Under the pieces are notes generated by a model, which saw only the letters and a list, made by a program, of their open reading frames with translations, was not told where the DNA came from and searched no databases. A DNA stretch of 64,000 bases. It comes from an uncultured Poribacteria bacterium. GTDB taxonomy: Bacteria; Poribacteria; WGA-4E; WGA-3G. The first letter of the stretch is position 1. Each line of letters begins with the position of its first letter. Both the position numbers and the translations under genes were made by a program. Of the stretch, positions 1 through 10,046 are shown one piece after another. The stretch covers positions 3,200,001 to 3,264,000 of the forward strand of contig OX638351.1 in assembly GCA_951813565.1 (NCBI GenBank), given 5' to 3'.

Positions 1-1
1 A

Positions 2-70
2 TTAGATATGCCACAACTTGCCTTTGACCATAGTGAGATAATAAAGAAGGCGTTAGAAGGATTTAAATGA
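2..70 (+). CDS. C-terminal fragment of probable NUDIX hydrolase (window edge)
   Basis: Frame 2 reads LDMPQLAFDHSEIIKKALEGFK*; LAFDH is a typical NUDIX C-terminal motif; stop overlaps next ATG (ATGA). Confidence 0.55.
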   Translation, partial: LDMPQLAFDHSEIIKKALEGFK

Positions 71-399
71 AACACTACGGTTTGACCTTAAACCTGAAAG
101 ATGATCCTACAATTATTGAACAGTATAAGGCATATCACAGAGATGCCTGGCCAGAGACATTGGCTGGCCTAAAAGCGGTCGGAATTACAAAAATGAATAT
201 CTATCTGTTAGGTCGGCGTTTGTTTATGGCGATGGAAACCGTGGATACGTTTGATATAGAACGTGATTTTCCGCGCTACCTTGAAGAACATCCGAAGTGC
301 AAAGAATGGGATGAATTAATGCGTACTTTTCAGGAACCTGTTGAAGAGGCACAAGCTGGTGAGTGGTGGGCAGAGATGGAACCTGTCTTTGAGTTATAA
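67..399 (+). CDS. L-rhamnose mutarotase family protein
   Basis: 110 aa; Y..YH..AWPE, GI..MNIY, WDELM..FQ, W..ME.VF.L. Confidence 0.85.
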   Translation: MKHYGLTLNLKDDPTIIEQYKAYHRDAWPETLAGLKAVGITKMNIYLLGRRLFMAMETVDTFDIERDFPRYLEEHPKCKEWDELMRTFQEPVEEAQAGEWWAEMEPVFEL

Positions 400-478
400 A
401 GAGGCAAAAGTGAGAACATGTGAGGGTATCCGCAATCTTGTTTGTGTGATTTTATAGGTTAAGAAATAGGATTGAAAA

Positions 479-1396
479 ATGACAATCAGTTACGACTTCA
501 TGGCATTCAGTGGTAGGCTTTCAGAAAGTAGCTGGACTCTTGGGATGAAAGCGATTCAAGGCGAAGTGCCTCTGGATATCGTGATACCGAGTTTGCAAAC
601 ATCATCAGATTACGACGAAAAGGATATAATTGGGGTTTTGACAAAAGAAGGTATCTCGCGGGAAAGTTCGGATGTGATGGAACTTTATCGATACCTTCGA
701 CAGCTTAACCCAAAATCTAATCAAGCGTTCGGATACAATGAGGTTGCGATCCGTAATATTCACACCCGTCTAAATTTGCTGAAGGTTGATGAAGAACTTC
801 GCGTTCAAATTACCTATACCGAACGTAAAGAGAACTATATTGCGGCTTCATATAACATAAAATTGTTAGGCATCTTCCAGATTACAACTGCCGATCTGCC
901 AGTTCCTCCTGCTCCTGATATTACTGAAAACATTGATATAGATGTTTCTGAAGCGGATACACAAGATATTCCAGAACAACAGGAGAAACCCATAATTCCA
1001 AAAGATTTTCCTCAAACGGATCAAGAGATACCGGTTTATAAAACGACGAATACCTTGGAAAAATTAATCACTTTTACTCGAACGTTACAGTCTGAACTGA
1101 AAGAGATAACAGAAAATCTTGCCTTAATGACTGAAAGAGTACGTTTACTGGAAGAAGAACGTCAGCGTTACCGCGGACAAGAAGACCTATTACAGGAGAT
1201 TCTCAAACGGCTTAACCATCTGGAAAGTTTTGAAAGGCGGATTGACTTCCTTGAAGATGACCGTCATCAACTTGACGACCTAAAACAAACTTTAATTGCA
1301 TATTTCAGAACGTCAAACCGACAAACACGGGCATTGCTTAATGAAGTTAGTGATGAAACGGATGACACCAATTCGATAAGTGAGACATCTCAATAA
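479..1396 (+). CDS. hypothetical protein with acidic/Pro linker and C-terminal coiled coil
   Basis: 305-aa ORF with RBS (AGGA); heptad-rich C-terminal half. Confidence 0.7.
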   Translation: MTISYDFMAFSGRLSESSWTLGMKAIQGEVPLDIVIPSLQTSSDYDEKDIIGVLTKEGISRESSDVMELYRYLRQLNPKSNQAFGYNEVAIRNIHTRLNLLKVDEELRVQITYTERKENYIAASYNIKLLGIFQITTADLPVPPAPDITENIDIDVSEADTQDIPEQQEKPIIPKDFPQTDQEIPVYKTTNTLEKLITFTRTLQSELKEITENLALMTERVRLLEEERQRYRGQEDLLQEILKRLNHLESFERRIDFLEDDRHQLDDLKQTLIAYFRTSNRQTRALLNEVSDETDDTNSISETSQ

Positions 1397-1430
1397 AATA
1401 GAAGTGATATAAAGAAAGGATGACCGTTTC

Positions 1431-2231
1431 ATGATGAAAATAGGCACAATGTCTTTGAATGTCAAAGGCACCACAGCAACCGATTTTGCACAAATCGTAT
1501 ACGACCTCGGCTTTGACGTAATTGAACTCCACTCCAGTGCATTTGAATCTACCGATGCAACCTATCTACGGGAACTAAAGATGAACCTGATGCGGAAAGG
1601 TTTACCATTAGGTTACATCGGCATCAGCAATAACTTTGGTAAACCTGTTGCCGAACACCCCGAACAGATTGCGCATATTAAGAAGTGGATTGATATTGCC
1701 TCATTTATGAGTTGTCCTATAGTCCGGGTATTTGCAGCTTATGTGCCTGCAGATTGTGATGATGAGGAAACATTGTGGCCTCCAATGATTGAAGGCTTCA
1801 AAGAAGTTGCAGAATACGGCTATGAATCAGGAATTCTTGTTGGTCTGCAAAATCATAACCACAACAATGTTACTCGCGATGGGGATGCTGTTTTACGTGC
1901 GTTAAATGAAACTGACCATCCCTATTTCACGCATATCTTAGATACGGGACAGTACGCAGGTTCTCCTGGTGCCAGTGGACATCGTGGTTCGCCACATCCG
2001 GACTATGACTGCTACACGAGTATTGAACAAACAGCACCCCACGCTGTTTACGTCCGTACCAAGTTTTATGAGATTGATAGCGGTGTAGAGGAGTGGTTGG
2101 ACTATACGCGGGTTTTGGACATTTTGCGAGGTGTTGGATATAACGGATGCCTTTCAGTTGTCTATGAAGGTCAATCGGATCCGATTGAATCAATGCGTAA
2201 AGCAAGAAGTTATCTGGAATCCTTATTGTAG
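1431..2231 (+). CDS. sugar phosphate isomerase/epimerase (xylose isomerase-like TIM barrel)
   Basis: GFDVIEL, GLQNH, LDTG, LSVVYEG motifs. Confidence 0.85.
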   Translation: MMKIGTMSLNVKGTTATDFAQIVYDLGFDVIELHSSAFESTDATYLRELKMNLMRKGLPLGYIGISNNFGKPVAEHPEQIAHIKKWIDIASFMSCPIVRVFAAYVPADCDDEETLWPPMIEGFKEVAEYGYESGILVGLQNHNHNNVTRDGDAVLRALNETDHPYFTHILDTGQYAGSPGASGHRGSPHPDYDCYTSIEQTAPHAVYVRTKFYEIDSGVEEWLDYTRVLDILRGVGYNGCLSVVYEGQSDPIESMRKARSYLESLL

Positions 2232-2239
2232 AGGGTAAG

Positions 2240-3343
2240 ATGAAAACACGTGCCGCTGTTATGTATGAACATAATCAACCTGTGGTTGTTGAGGAACTGG
2301 AGTTAGAAGAACCGAAAGCAAACGAAGTTCTTGTCCGCACTGCTGCAAGTGGTGTCTGCCATTCCGATCTATCAGTCGTCACGGGTGCTATCTACTACGA
2401 TGCGGCTGTTGTGCTTGGACATGAAGGTGCGGGTGTAATTGAACATATTGGAACCGATGTGACAGATTTTCAGGTGGGAGATCATGTAATTCTCTCTTTC
2501 GTTAGTTATTGCGGTGATTGCCACATGTGTCAGATGGAAAAAGTCTGTTTGTGCGAAAGTTACAATGTACCGCGCGGGTTTCAATTAGATGGTACCTACC
2601 GTCTGTATAACAAATCAGGTGAAGGTATCTTACAGATGGCGCGGATTGCGACTATGTCGGAATATATGGTCGTACCGCAACAAAACCTTATAAAAATAGA
2701 CGATCACTATTCGTTAGAGAAGGCTGCGCTTGTGGGATGCGGTGTAACAACAGGTGTTGGTGCCGTCCTCAATACAGCAAAAGTAGAACCCGGTAGTTCC
2801 GTAGCAGTTATCGGCACAGGTGGAGTAGGTTTAAACGCTATTCAAGGTGCTGTGCTTGCGCAAGCGGAAAAGATTATCGCTGTTGATATTGCTGAGAAGA
2901 AACTCAACTTTGCCAAAAGTTTTGGAGCAACAGATGTTGTCAATGCTGCCGAAGTGGATCCGGTTGAGACTGTTCGTGAGTTGACAGATGGCCGCGGTGT
3001 AGATTATGCATTTGAGGTAATCGGGAATCCAGACACTATTGTGCAAGCATATCTTATGGTGCGAGCGGCTGGCACTGCTGTTATTGTCGGAATGGCACAC
3101 CATCAAAAGGAATTCAGCATTCCAGCACAACACTTTGTCGCAACTGAAAGACAGATTATCGGTTCATTTTACGGTTCATGTCAACCGCGAGTGGATATGC
3201 CAGAACTTCTCAATCTCTATACGGAAGGGAAGTTAAAGTTAGATGAGCTAATTACAAAGCACTATTCGCTTGATCAGATTAATGAGGCGTTTGCGGATAT
3301 GGAAGCTGGCGAAAATGCACGCGGAGTTATCCGCTTTAATTGA
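2240..3343 (+). CDS. Zn-dependent alcohol dehydrogenase (class III-like)
   Basis: GVCHSD, GHEGAG, CGDCHMC...C, GCGVTTG, GTGGVG. Confidence 0.95.
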   Translation: MKTRAAVMYEHNQPVVVEELELEEPKANEVLVRTAASGVCHSDLSVVTGAIYYDAAVVLGHEGAGVIEHIGTDVTDFQVGDHVILSFVSYCGDCHMCQMEKVCLCESYNVPRGFQLDGTYRLYNKSGEGILQMARIATMSEYMVVPQQNLIKIDDHYSLEKAALVGCGVTTGVGAVLNTAKVEPGSSVAVIGTGGVGLNAIQGAVLAQAEKIIAVDIAEKKLNFAKSFGATDVVNAAEVDPVETVRELTDGRGVDYAFEVIGNPDTIVQAYLMVRAAGTAVIVGMAHHQKEFSIPAQHFVATERQIIGSFYGSCQPRVDMPELLNLYTEGKLKLDELITKHYSLDQINEAFADMEAGENARGVIRFN

Positions 3344-3399
3344 CCCTTTTCACCATAAGATAACATTTCCTACCGTAGGTTAGGTAGAACAAAGTGAAA

Positions 3400-3873
3400 C
3401 CCATAAATCAACGCTATGAGTGCCCTTATGGCATTAAACCAAATCAACGCAGCATGCGCCAAATCAAGAAATCAACGGTATGAATCATGGCGAATGCTAA
3501 AAGCGCATTCGTCTTTAGTCATTCACCGGGTCCGAATGCCCTTTGGCATTCCCCGTATGGCATGCTGCGGGTGTTAATTTAAGGAAACATGACCACCTAT
3601 TCCGACACGGTAGGAGCGGTTTCTAACCGCTCCGTATTATCCGAAAGGCTCTTGTGGGAGGCGTTTTCAACGCCGATATATCGCGCGGACAAAGCGCTCC
3701 CACAAAGATGTCCTGCCGATTAGTGGCTACCAACTCATGTAAGTCCGATTGCGGTGAATCAACGCCAAATACGACAAGTGCCATACGCGTGCTTGGCGTT
3801 GATTTGGCTTTTGGTATTTGTCGGGAAAACGCATCTACCGAGGGTGAAAATCCACTAAATTGACAGTTATGGG
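3400..3873. mobile_element. MITE-like shell 'E' carrying REP-like cargo
   Basis: Ends CCCATAAATCAACGCTATGA and CCACTAAATTGACAGTTATGGG recur inverted at 5038-5343; flanked by duplicated GGTAGAA(C/T)AAAGTGAAA. Confidence 0.6.
3458..3554. repeat. palindromic insert 'D' (97-bp form)
   Basis: GCCAAATCAA...GGCATTCCCC; related copies at 8121-8157 and 23422-23542 (reverse). Confidence 0.8.
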
Positions 3874-3976
3874 GGTAGAATAAAGTGAAACCCAACAAAC
3901 TATCTTCTGTTTGTAACCGCGCAATTCACAGCACCTCTTCCAGTTTAATCGACAACTGATAGCTAAAAACTGAAAT

Positions 3977-4753
3977 ATGAAAACCATCCATACCTCCGTC
4001 CGTGAACAGTTTAGCCAACATGCCGACTATTATGCCCAAAGCAGCGCGCATGCCAAAGGCGATACCCTTGAGGTTATCCTTGACTTTGCAAATCCGAAAG
4101 GGACGGAGAAAACTTTGGATATTGCGACAGGCACAGGTTTTACAGCGTTTGCGCTTGCACCCAAGGTAGCACAAGTGGTCGCTACGGATCTCACGCCTGA
4201 GATGGTCACTAAGGCATCCGAGTTAGCACAGGAACAAGCGATAGAAAATGTTACGTTTTCCGTTGCCGCAGCAGAATCTTTACCGTTTGCTACTGCTTCA
4301 TTAGATTTAGTGACCTGTCGACTTGCTCCTCACCACTTTCAAGATGTTCCCAAATTCTTGAGTGAGGTCCATCGTGTTTTACGAACAGAGGGACTTTTTT
4401 GCCTTGTAGATTCCGTTTCCCCTGAATCAAAAAAATTAATAGCATGGCAGAACCGCGTGGAAAAATTACGCGACGATTCTCATGTGTATGGGTACCCACC
4501 GTCTCAGTGGGATGCGATGATTTCAGATGCCGGTTTTGATATTGAGAGGACAGCACACACGCGAAATGCGCTGATGTCGTTTTTGTGGTGGGTGCGTCCA
4601 CAGAAAAATCCGCCGGAAGTGGTGAAGGAAATCCGTGACGCGTTCGCGCAACTCTCGCCTGATGACGCGAAAAAGTATTATACAGTTAAACCCGCAGATG
4701 ACGATTTCTATTTTTCGTGGCCGATGTATGCTGTTAAAGCAAGAAAAGGATAG
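3977..4753 (+). CDS. class I SAM-dependent methyltransferase
   Basis: LDIATGTG, DLT, AESLPF, DLVTCRLAPHHF. Confidence 0.9.
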   Translation: MKTIHTSVREQFSQHADYYAQSSAHAKGDTLEVILDFANPKGTEKTLDIATGTGFTAFALAPKVAQVVATDLTPEMVTKASELAQEQAIENVTFSVAAAESLPFATASLDLVTCRLAPHHFQDVPKFLSEVHRVLRTEGLFCLVDSVSPESKKLIAWQNRVEKLRDDSHVYGYPPSQWDAMISDAGFDIERTAHTRNALMSFLWWVRPQKNPPEVVKEIRDAFAQLSPDDAKKYYTVKPADDDFYFSWPMYAVKARKG

Positions 4754-5037
4754 AACATCGGTATGTAAAATTCTTGTCATTGACCTTTGCTTTTCTTGTA
4801 GGAGGAGTTTTTAACCCCAATTTCTCAATTGCAACAAGCGTATCGGGCATTGACTTGGATTTCTTCTGTAGGAGCGACCTCCTGGTCCCGACCCGACGAA
4901 TGTCATACGCTCATTTGACGTTGATTCGTAGTGTATCAATAGACATTATAATGATTTAATCGGAAGTGTCTGATAATGCCAAGACCGAAAGATAGGCAAA
5001 AAGTGGATGGCGTGTCCGTCGGGTAGAGCTTGCGACA

Positions 5038-5343
5038 CCCATAACTGTCAATTTAGTGGTCCGCCACCCTGGTAGGCGCGTTTTGATGAAGATTAATTTT
5101 TTAATTCGGTATTTTTCCGTCAGCACAAGGCAAGTGTCCACTTCTGCTGGCGAGGTTTCCTAACCTCGCCAAATTACCGATTTATTTCTTAAACTTCATG
5201 TAAACGCGCTGATAATTCAGAATTTTGCTGAAAATTACACCATTTTTGCCGTAATTACCGCAAAAGTCGAGAAAATTGCGTAAGTCCTGCTTAAGTTTAC
5301 ATCCGCTGAATGCCAACAGACATTCATAGCGTTGATTTATGGG
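5038..5343. mobile_element. MITE-like shell 'E', inverted copy with different cargo
   Basis: 5038-5059 is the exact 22-bp reverse complement of 3852-3873; right end matches reverse complement of 3400-3419. Confidence 0.6.
5086..5199. mobile_element. MITE-like shell 'B'
   Basis: Imperfect TIRs ATGAAG...TTCGGTA / TACCGA...CTTCAT; near-identical reverse copy at 55471-55585; sits in loop of GTAG-GCGCGTTT/AAACGCGC hairpin. Confidence 0.75.
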
Positions 5344-5734
5344 TTTCGCTCCGCTCTACCCAACGGACGATACTATTATAAAGAATTAACGCATGTGATA
5401 AAATGCGTCAGAAATATAGAAAACTAAATAACCCTGTCTAACCCCTATGACCATTGACTTCGTGAAAACAAACGCACACACATTTTACATCAGTAGATCT
5501 TTTCTTATTCTTCTAAACCTGATAATATCAATACCAAATACCTATAAAAAAACCATTTAATGAACGATTTTATTCTATTTTGTATTGAAAATAAGGTGTC
5601 TTTTTCACGTAATGGGGATCTATCAATAAGCATTTTTTAGCATTTTCATAACCGCGTATTGAGAGAACTTTGATAGGTAGTGGCTTCTGAGTGCTTTTGA
5701 GAAATCCCAGAATAGAAACTAACCAAACTTACAA

Positions 5735-5848
5735 CTAATTAGTTATAATATCTATTACTGTGATGTTCAGGGTAGCAGCTTCTGCTATATTCAAAACAAC
5801 AAATAAGGAAACCAAAAAAAATATACTAATTAGGCTCAATCGTTTCAT
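5735..5848 (-). pseudogene. truncated secreted-protein gene (signal peptide plus about 13 residues)
   Basis: AAGGAG RBS; MKRLSLISIFFLVSLFVVLNIAEA-ATLNITVIDIITN*; TTGACT/GATACT promoter-like pair near 6017-6046. Confidence 0.5.
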
Positions 5849-6236
5849 TATTCTAACTCCTTTATTTGGAATACTGTTTAGTTGCCATGGCAATAAGCGG
5901 TATTCCGAAATCGACGTACTTGACCTGGGGTAGTTTATCACTCTTTTGTGTTGGAACTGAGTTTACCACAGAAATTCCATGGGGTCGCAGCACGCTTGAA
6001 ACTTATAACTTAAGCGTAAGTATCACAACTTGAAGAAAAAAAGTCAATTTTATTCTGATTTTACCTCAAGAATTTGTCTTGATTTATATTGCGTATATTG
6101 GTATAATTAAGGATCAGAAAAATAGTTTCATATCGAATCCGTGTGTTCATGTTTACCCATTTCGGGACACACTTCAGTTAACAATTGTGGCCTATGATAT
6201 GCATATCTTCTCGGTCAGCAAACAAACAAGAAGCAG

Positions 6237-6818
6237 ATGAAAATCGCAATTATGGGGGGGACTTTTAACCCAATCCATTACGCGCATCTGCTGAGTGCCG
6301 AGCAAGTGCGTGAAGGTTTAGGTTACGATAAAATTCTGTTTGTCCCCGCTGCGCGACCACCTCATAAATCACAACCGGATATGGTTTCTGCTGAGCACAG
6401 ATATCAGATGGTGTTGTTAGCAACAGCAGACAACCCGTATTTTGAGGTATCTCGAATTGAATTGGATCGCGATGGTCCATCATACACAATTCAGACAATA
6501 AAAGAATTACGACTCCGCTACGGTAAAACAACAAAACTTGCATGGATTATCGGTGCGGATTCGTTAATTGAGTATAAAATTTGGAAAGATTTCGACGAAG
6601 TGTTAAAGCAGTGTACTATGATTGTTACAACACGTCCCAATTACGATTTACAGCGTGTTCCCGCCGAAATCCGCAATCGTGTTATAACGTTTCAGATAAC
6701 CGGTTTCGATATGTCGGCAACCGAGATTCGGGAACGTATTCGGGAAAACAACTCTATCCGATACCTTGTTCCTAAAAAAGTTGTTATTTATATTGAACAG
6801 CATCAGTTATACCGATAA
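6237..6818 (+). CDS. nadD: nicotinate-nucleotide adenylyltransferase
   Basis: GGTFNPIHYAH, PPHK, SYTI.T, IIGADS, SATEIR. Confidence 0.95.
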   Translation: MKIAIMGGTFNPIHYAHLLSAEQVREGLGYDKILFVPAARPPHKSQPDMVSAEHRYQMVLLATADNPYFEVSRIELDRDGPSYTIQTIKELRLRYGKTTKLAWIIGADSLIEYKIWKDFDEVLKQCTMIVTTRPNYDLQRVPAEIRNRVITFQITGFDMSATEIRERIRENNSIRYLVPKKVVIYIEQHQLYR

Positions 6819-6902
6819 AAGGATATTCGTAAAGTGTGGTCTGTTAGAGCAAGTGGGCGAATTCTGTCCATACAGATCGTATTAGTTTGAAAAGGAGTTA
6901 AT

Positions 6903-7148
6903 ATGAAGCTGAAATGTAGTCTCTGCGGCACTGCTTACGAATTTATTTATGTAAAAGGTAAGCCTTTACCTCCAAATTTTCCGTTTTGTAGTAACCGATG
7001 TAAGTCGATAGATTTAGGCAAATGGCTTAACGAGGAATATCGTATTAGCATGCCGCTGCCAGAAACAGATATATTAACAGAAATCTTTACCGAATTTCAG
7101 GAAGAGACACTTGCAAGGATACTTGGAGACGATATAGAATCTGAATAG
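6903..7148 (+). CDS. yacG: DNA gyrase inhibitor YacG
   Basis: CxxC...PFCSNRCKSIDLGKWLNEEYRI. Confidence 0.9.
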   Translation: MKLKCSLCGTAYEFIYVKGKPLPPNFPFCSNRCKSIDLGKWLNEEYRISMPLPETDILTEIFTEFQEETLARILGDDIESE

Positions 7149-7152
7149 GCTT

Positions 7153-7869
7153 ATGTCTCCTGATTTCACACATTCAAGAGTTGATTTGCTCTATAGATCG
7201 CAGCGCAAAAAGAAGATAGACATGACGTTGAGTAAACCTTTTTCAGTAAACAGAAAATTAAAATCAGCGTTTCCTACATTAACGGAACTCAGGAAGCACT
7301 CAAAATCGATAGAAATTCAGCGTTACCTTTCGGAAAAACTGGCATCGGAACGTTTTGATCACGTCCTTTCTGTGCAGGAGACATCAGTAGCATTAGCACG
7401 ATGTCATAATGCGGATGTCTGGAAAACCAATTTAGCGGCTCTTTTACATGATGTAGTAAAATGGATGAGTGACGATCAATTGTACACTGCCGCAGCACGT
7501 TATGAAATAGAACTCGACCCGATTGAGAAGATAATGCCTGCCTTATTACATGCGATTGTCGGTGTAAAGTACGCAATCGAATTATTCGATGTGACCGATT
7601 TAGATGTGCTTGAAGCGATTCGGAATCACACGACAGGCAACGCATCAATGGGAATAACGGCAAAATTAATATATGTAGCAGATTTTGCGGAGCCGACACG
7701 AGAATACAAAGAAGCTGCGCAGGTAAGAAAATTAGCAGAAACACAGTTAGAACAGGCAGTCCATAACGTAGCGCGTTACAAGATAGATTTTCTGCTTCAA
7801 AAAGGATGGATAATTCATCCGAATACCATCCATACCTACAACAGTACGTTGGCAAATATTACGTTTTGA
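7153..7869 (+). CDS. yqeK: HD-domain Ap4A hydrolase YqeK (start may be later, e.g. 7222)
   Basis: RFDH, ALLHD, LLHA, AIRNHTTG, IYVADFAEP; nadD/rsfS context. Confidence 0.9.
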   Translation: MSPDFTHSRVDLLYRSQRKKKIDMTLSKPFSVNRKLKSAFPTLTELRKHSKSIEIQRYLSEKLASERFDHVLSVQETSVALARCHNADVWKTNLAALLHDVVKWMSDDQLYTAAARYEIELDPIEKIMPALLHAIVGVKYAIELFDVTDLDVLEAIRNHTTGNASMGITAKLIYVADFAEPTREYKEAAQVRKLAETQLEQAVHNVARYKIDFLLQKGWIIHPNTIHTYNSTLANITF

Positions 7870-7912
7870 GTTTCAAGTTGACTTTAGCATGGTCTAAGTG
7901 TTTAACTCAAAC

Positions 7913-8359
7913 TTATAGTAAAACCTATAATTAATGGGACACTTCTGTAGCGCAAACTTTATGAAGTTTAAGAAAATAAATTCGGTATTTTCCTTAGTCC
8001 CGTAGGGACGATATGTTTGTTGCCATGTGCTGCAAGGACATATCGTCCCTACGGGACTAAGAGAAGAGATAACACCTCCTGCTATAAACATATCGTCCCT
8101 ACCAAATCAACGCCAAATGCGCCAAATCAACGGTATGAATGCCTTTTGGCATTCCCCGTATGGCATTTGTCGGGACTGAAGAGCGTTTGACATATCCAGA
8201 ATATACCTAACAAGAAATTACCGAATTAAAAAATTAATCTTCATTTAGTTTGCGTCTCATAAGGCACAAACTAAAAGTTTGTGCTACAACTTCTATTGTC
8301 CATTATCTTTCCAAGACAAGTTTATCAAAGTGTCCCAATAATTTCAAAGTTCACTATAA
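7913..8359. mobile_element. composite nested MITE (shell 'A' containing shell 'B' at 7961-8244, REPs and inserts)
   Basis: TIRs TTATAGTAAAACCTATAATTAATGGGACACT / AGTGTCCCAATAATTTCAAAGTTCACTATAA; same shell at 55423-55671. Confidence 0.8.
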
Positions 8360-8433
8360 ATAATACGCAATAGCCTATAACTGTATCTCACGAAGCGTTT
8401 ATGCACGACCTCATTTATTAGGAGACCTAACCG

Positions 8434-8877
8434 ATGGAAACAAATAATACATTAGAAATTGTAAAAGCAGCTGCATCGGCGGCTGTGAGTCGACGCGCAC
8501 AGAATCCTGTGATTCTTGATCTTCGCGAATTAGATTGTTTTACCGACTATTTCGCGATTTTCAGCGGTATCTCCGATGTACAAGTTGAAGGTATTTCAGA
8601 AGCAATCTTAGAAGAACTTGAAGTAAACTGGGATCAGCAACCGTGGCATCGGGAAGGGGCTCAAAAAGCGGATTGGATACTGTTAGACTATGTTGATTTC
8701 GTCGTACACATCTTTTTGGACGAAAGACGTTCCTACTACAGTCTTGAGCGTCTATGGGCAGAAGCTCCGCATGTGAAACTACCGGAAATGGACAGGATTC
8801 CCTTATTAGATGAACCAGAGGAATATGATGAAGATGAAATGGTGTTGGGTCTTGTTTCAGCAGATGAAGAGAACTAA
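8434..8877 (+). CDS. rsfS: ribosome silencing factor
   Basis: DYFAIFSG.S..QV, WILLDYVDFVVHIF...R.YY.LERLW. Confidence 0.95.
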   Translation: METNNTLEIVKAAASAAVSRRAQNPVILDLRELDCFTDYFAIFSGISDVQVEGISEAILEELEVNWDQQPWHREGAQKADWILLDYVDFVVHIFLDERRSYYSLERLWAEAPHVKLPEMDRIPLLDEPEEYDEDEMVLGLVSADEEN

Positions 8878-9187
8878 TTCTAAGGCAGGCAGTTGTTGGG
8901 CAACGTTTTTATCAGTATAAATATATTAATGTAACGACTTGTGCCAGTTACGTATCAGTTTTGTTGTTTTTCACAACTGTTCATATTCTGGAATCAACGC
9001 CAAATACACTTTTGGCATTTGGCGAGAGCGATTTCCGAATCGCGACCCGTTTGTCGTCGGGAATCGGAGTTCCCTCCTACCTTGAGGTTGTCAGGTATCG
9101 GAAAAGTTTCGGAATCCAAACCCAAACGAGGCGAACATGTCAAATATAAACATACCATATGTTAACAGGCACAACGCGTTAATGTAA

Positions 9188-9922
9188 CTAATCAATAGCA
9201 ATAAGGAGTACAGTGACGTTATCCGTGCCACCGTAAGCAAGTGCTTTACTAACAAGATTTTCGCCTGCTTCCTCAAGCGTAGACGCTGATGTGATAATAT
9301 TACGAGTCTCGGTGTCGTCGGTAATTAGGTCGTGCAATCCATCGGTGCAGGCGAGGATAATGTCACCAGCGGAAAGTGGATACACGTCTGTCGTGAGCGA
9401 AACCTCTTCTGCTAAGCCGATAGCTTGTGTAATGATGTTTCGTTTTGGATGGACCCGTCCTTCTTCTGGTGTGATTTCACCTTTGTCTATCATTTTTTGC
9501 ACTAATGAATCGTCAACGGTAATTTGTGTAAGAATGTCGTTATGGAGGACGTACAACCGGCTATCACCGACGTGGACGTAAGCTAAATAACTCGGTGTAA
9601 CAAACCCCGCGGTAAGAGTTGTTCCCATTCTGTGGTATTGATGTGAGTCTTGTCCCGTAGCGTAGACACGTCGATTCGCTTCAGTGGCGATTTTTTCTAA
9701 GATATCAAGTCTTTTTATGGGACCCAAATCACTTGTAGGAATAGGGGTTTCTTTTGCCCATTCCTCAAAGATTTGAAGCGCAAGTCGACTTGCAATATCA
9801 CCCCGAGCATGCCCGCTCATTCCGTCCGCGATTGCAAACAACCGATTTTGTTCGTCAAAAAAGTACGAATCTTCGTTTCTTTCTCGAAGAGCACCGATGT
9901 CTGTTTTTGCTATAAAGTTCAT
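9188..9922 (-). CDS. PP2C-family Ser/Thr phosphatase (Stp1/IreP type)
   Basis: RERNED, ADGMSG, MGTT, HVGDSR, CTDGL, GGTDN. Confidence 0.95.
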   Translation of the reverse strand: MNFIAKTDIGALRERNEDSYFFDEQNRLFAIADGMSGHARGDIASRLALQIFEEWAKETPIPTSDLGPIKRLDILEKIATEANRRVYATGQDSHQYHRMGTTLTAGFVTPSYLAYVHVGDSRLYVLHNDILTQITVDDSLVQKMIDKGEITPEEGRVHPKRNIITQAIGLAEEVSLTTDVYPLSAGDIILACTDGLHDLITDDTETRNIITSASTLEEAGENLVSKALAYGGTDNVTVLLIAID

Positions 9923-10046
9923 CGAAATTAGCCCTTCCCTTTACGTTGTAAATTATTAACGTTAAATAAGTAGTTTTGTTTCAAATTAGTCATATATGGA
10001 GCATTATTTAAATTCAATATAAATATGTCACATTGGATGGCATCTT

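Noticed and set aside
3623..3898. Short ORFs in repeat regions (also 4774-5141, 7894-8091, 8941-9165, 18518-18748, 23099-23308)
   Set aside because: Translations of palindromic REP/MITE sequence with no RBS or protein-like motifs
6121..6236. Possible NAD riboswitch in nadD leader
   Set aside because: Only a weak GTGTGT/ACACAC stem; no recognisable aptamer consensus
7289..7855. Long antisense ORFs (also 25765-26247, 34775-35236, 58195-58737)
   Set aside because: Shadows of well-supported genes on the opposite strand
3344..8433. Intergenic repeats as a CRISPR array
   Set aside because: No regularly spaced identical direct repeats with unique spacers and no cas genes
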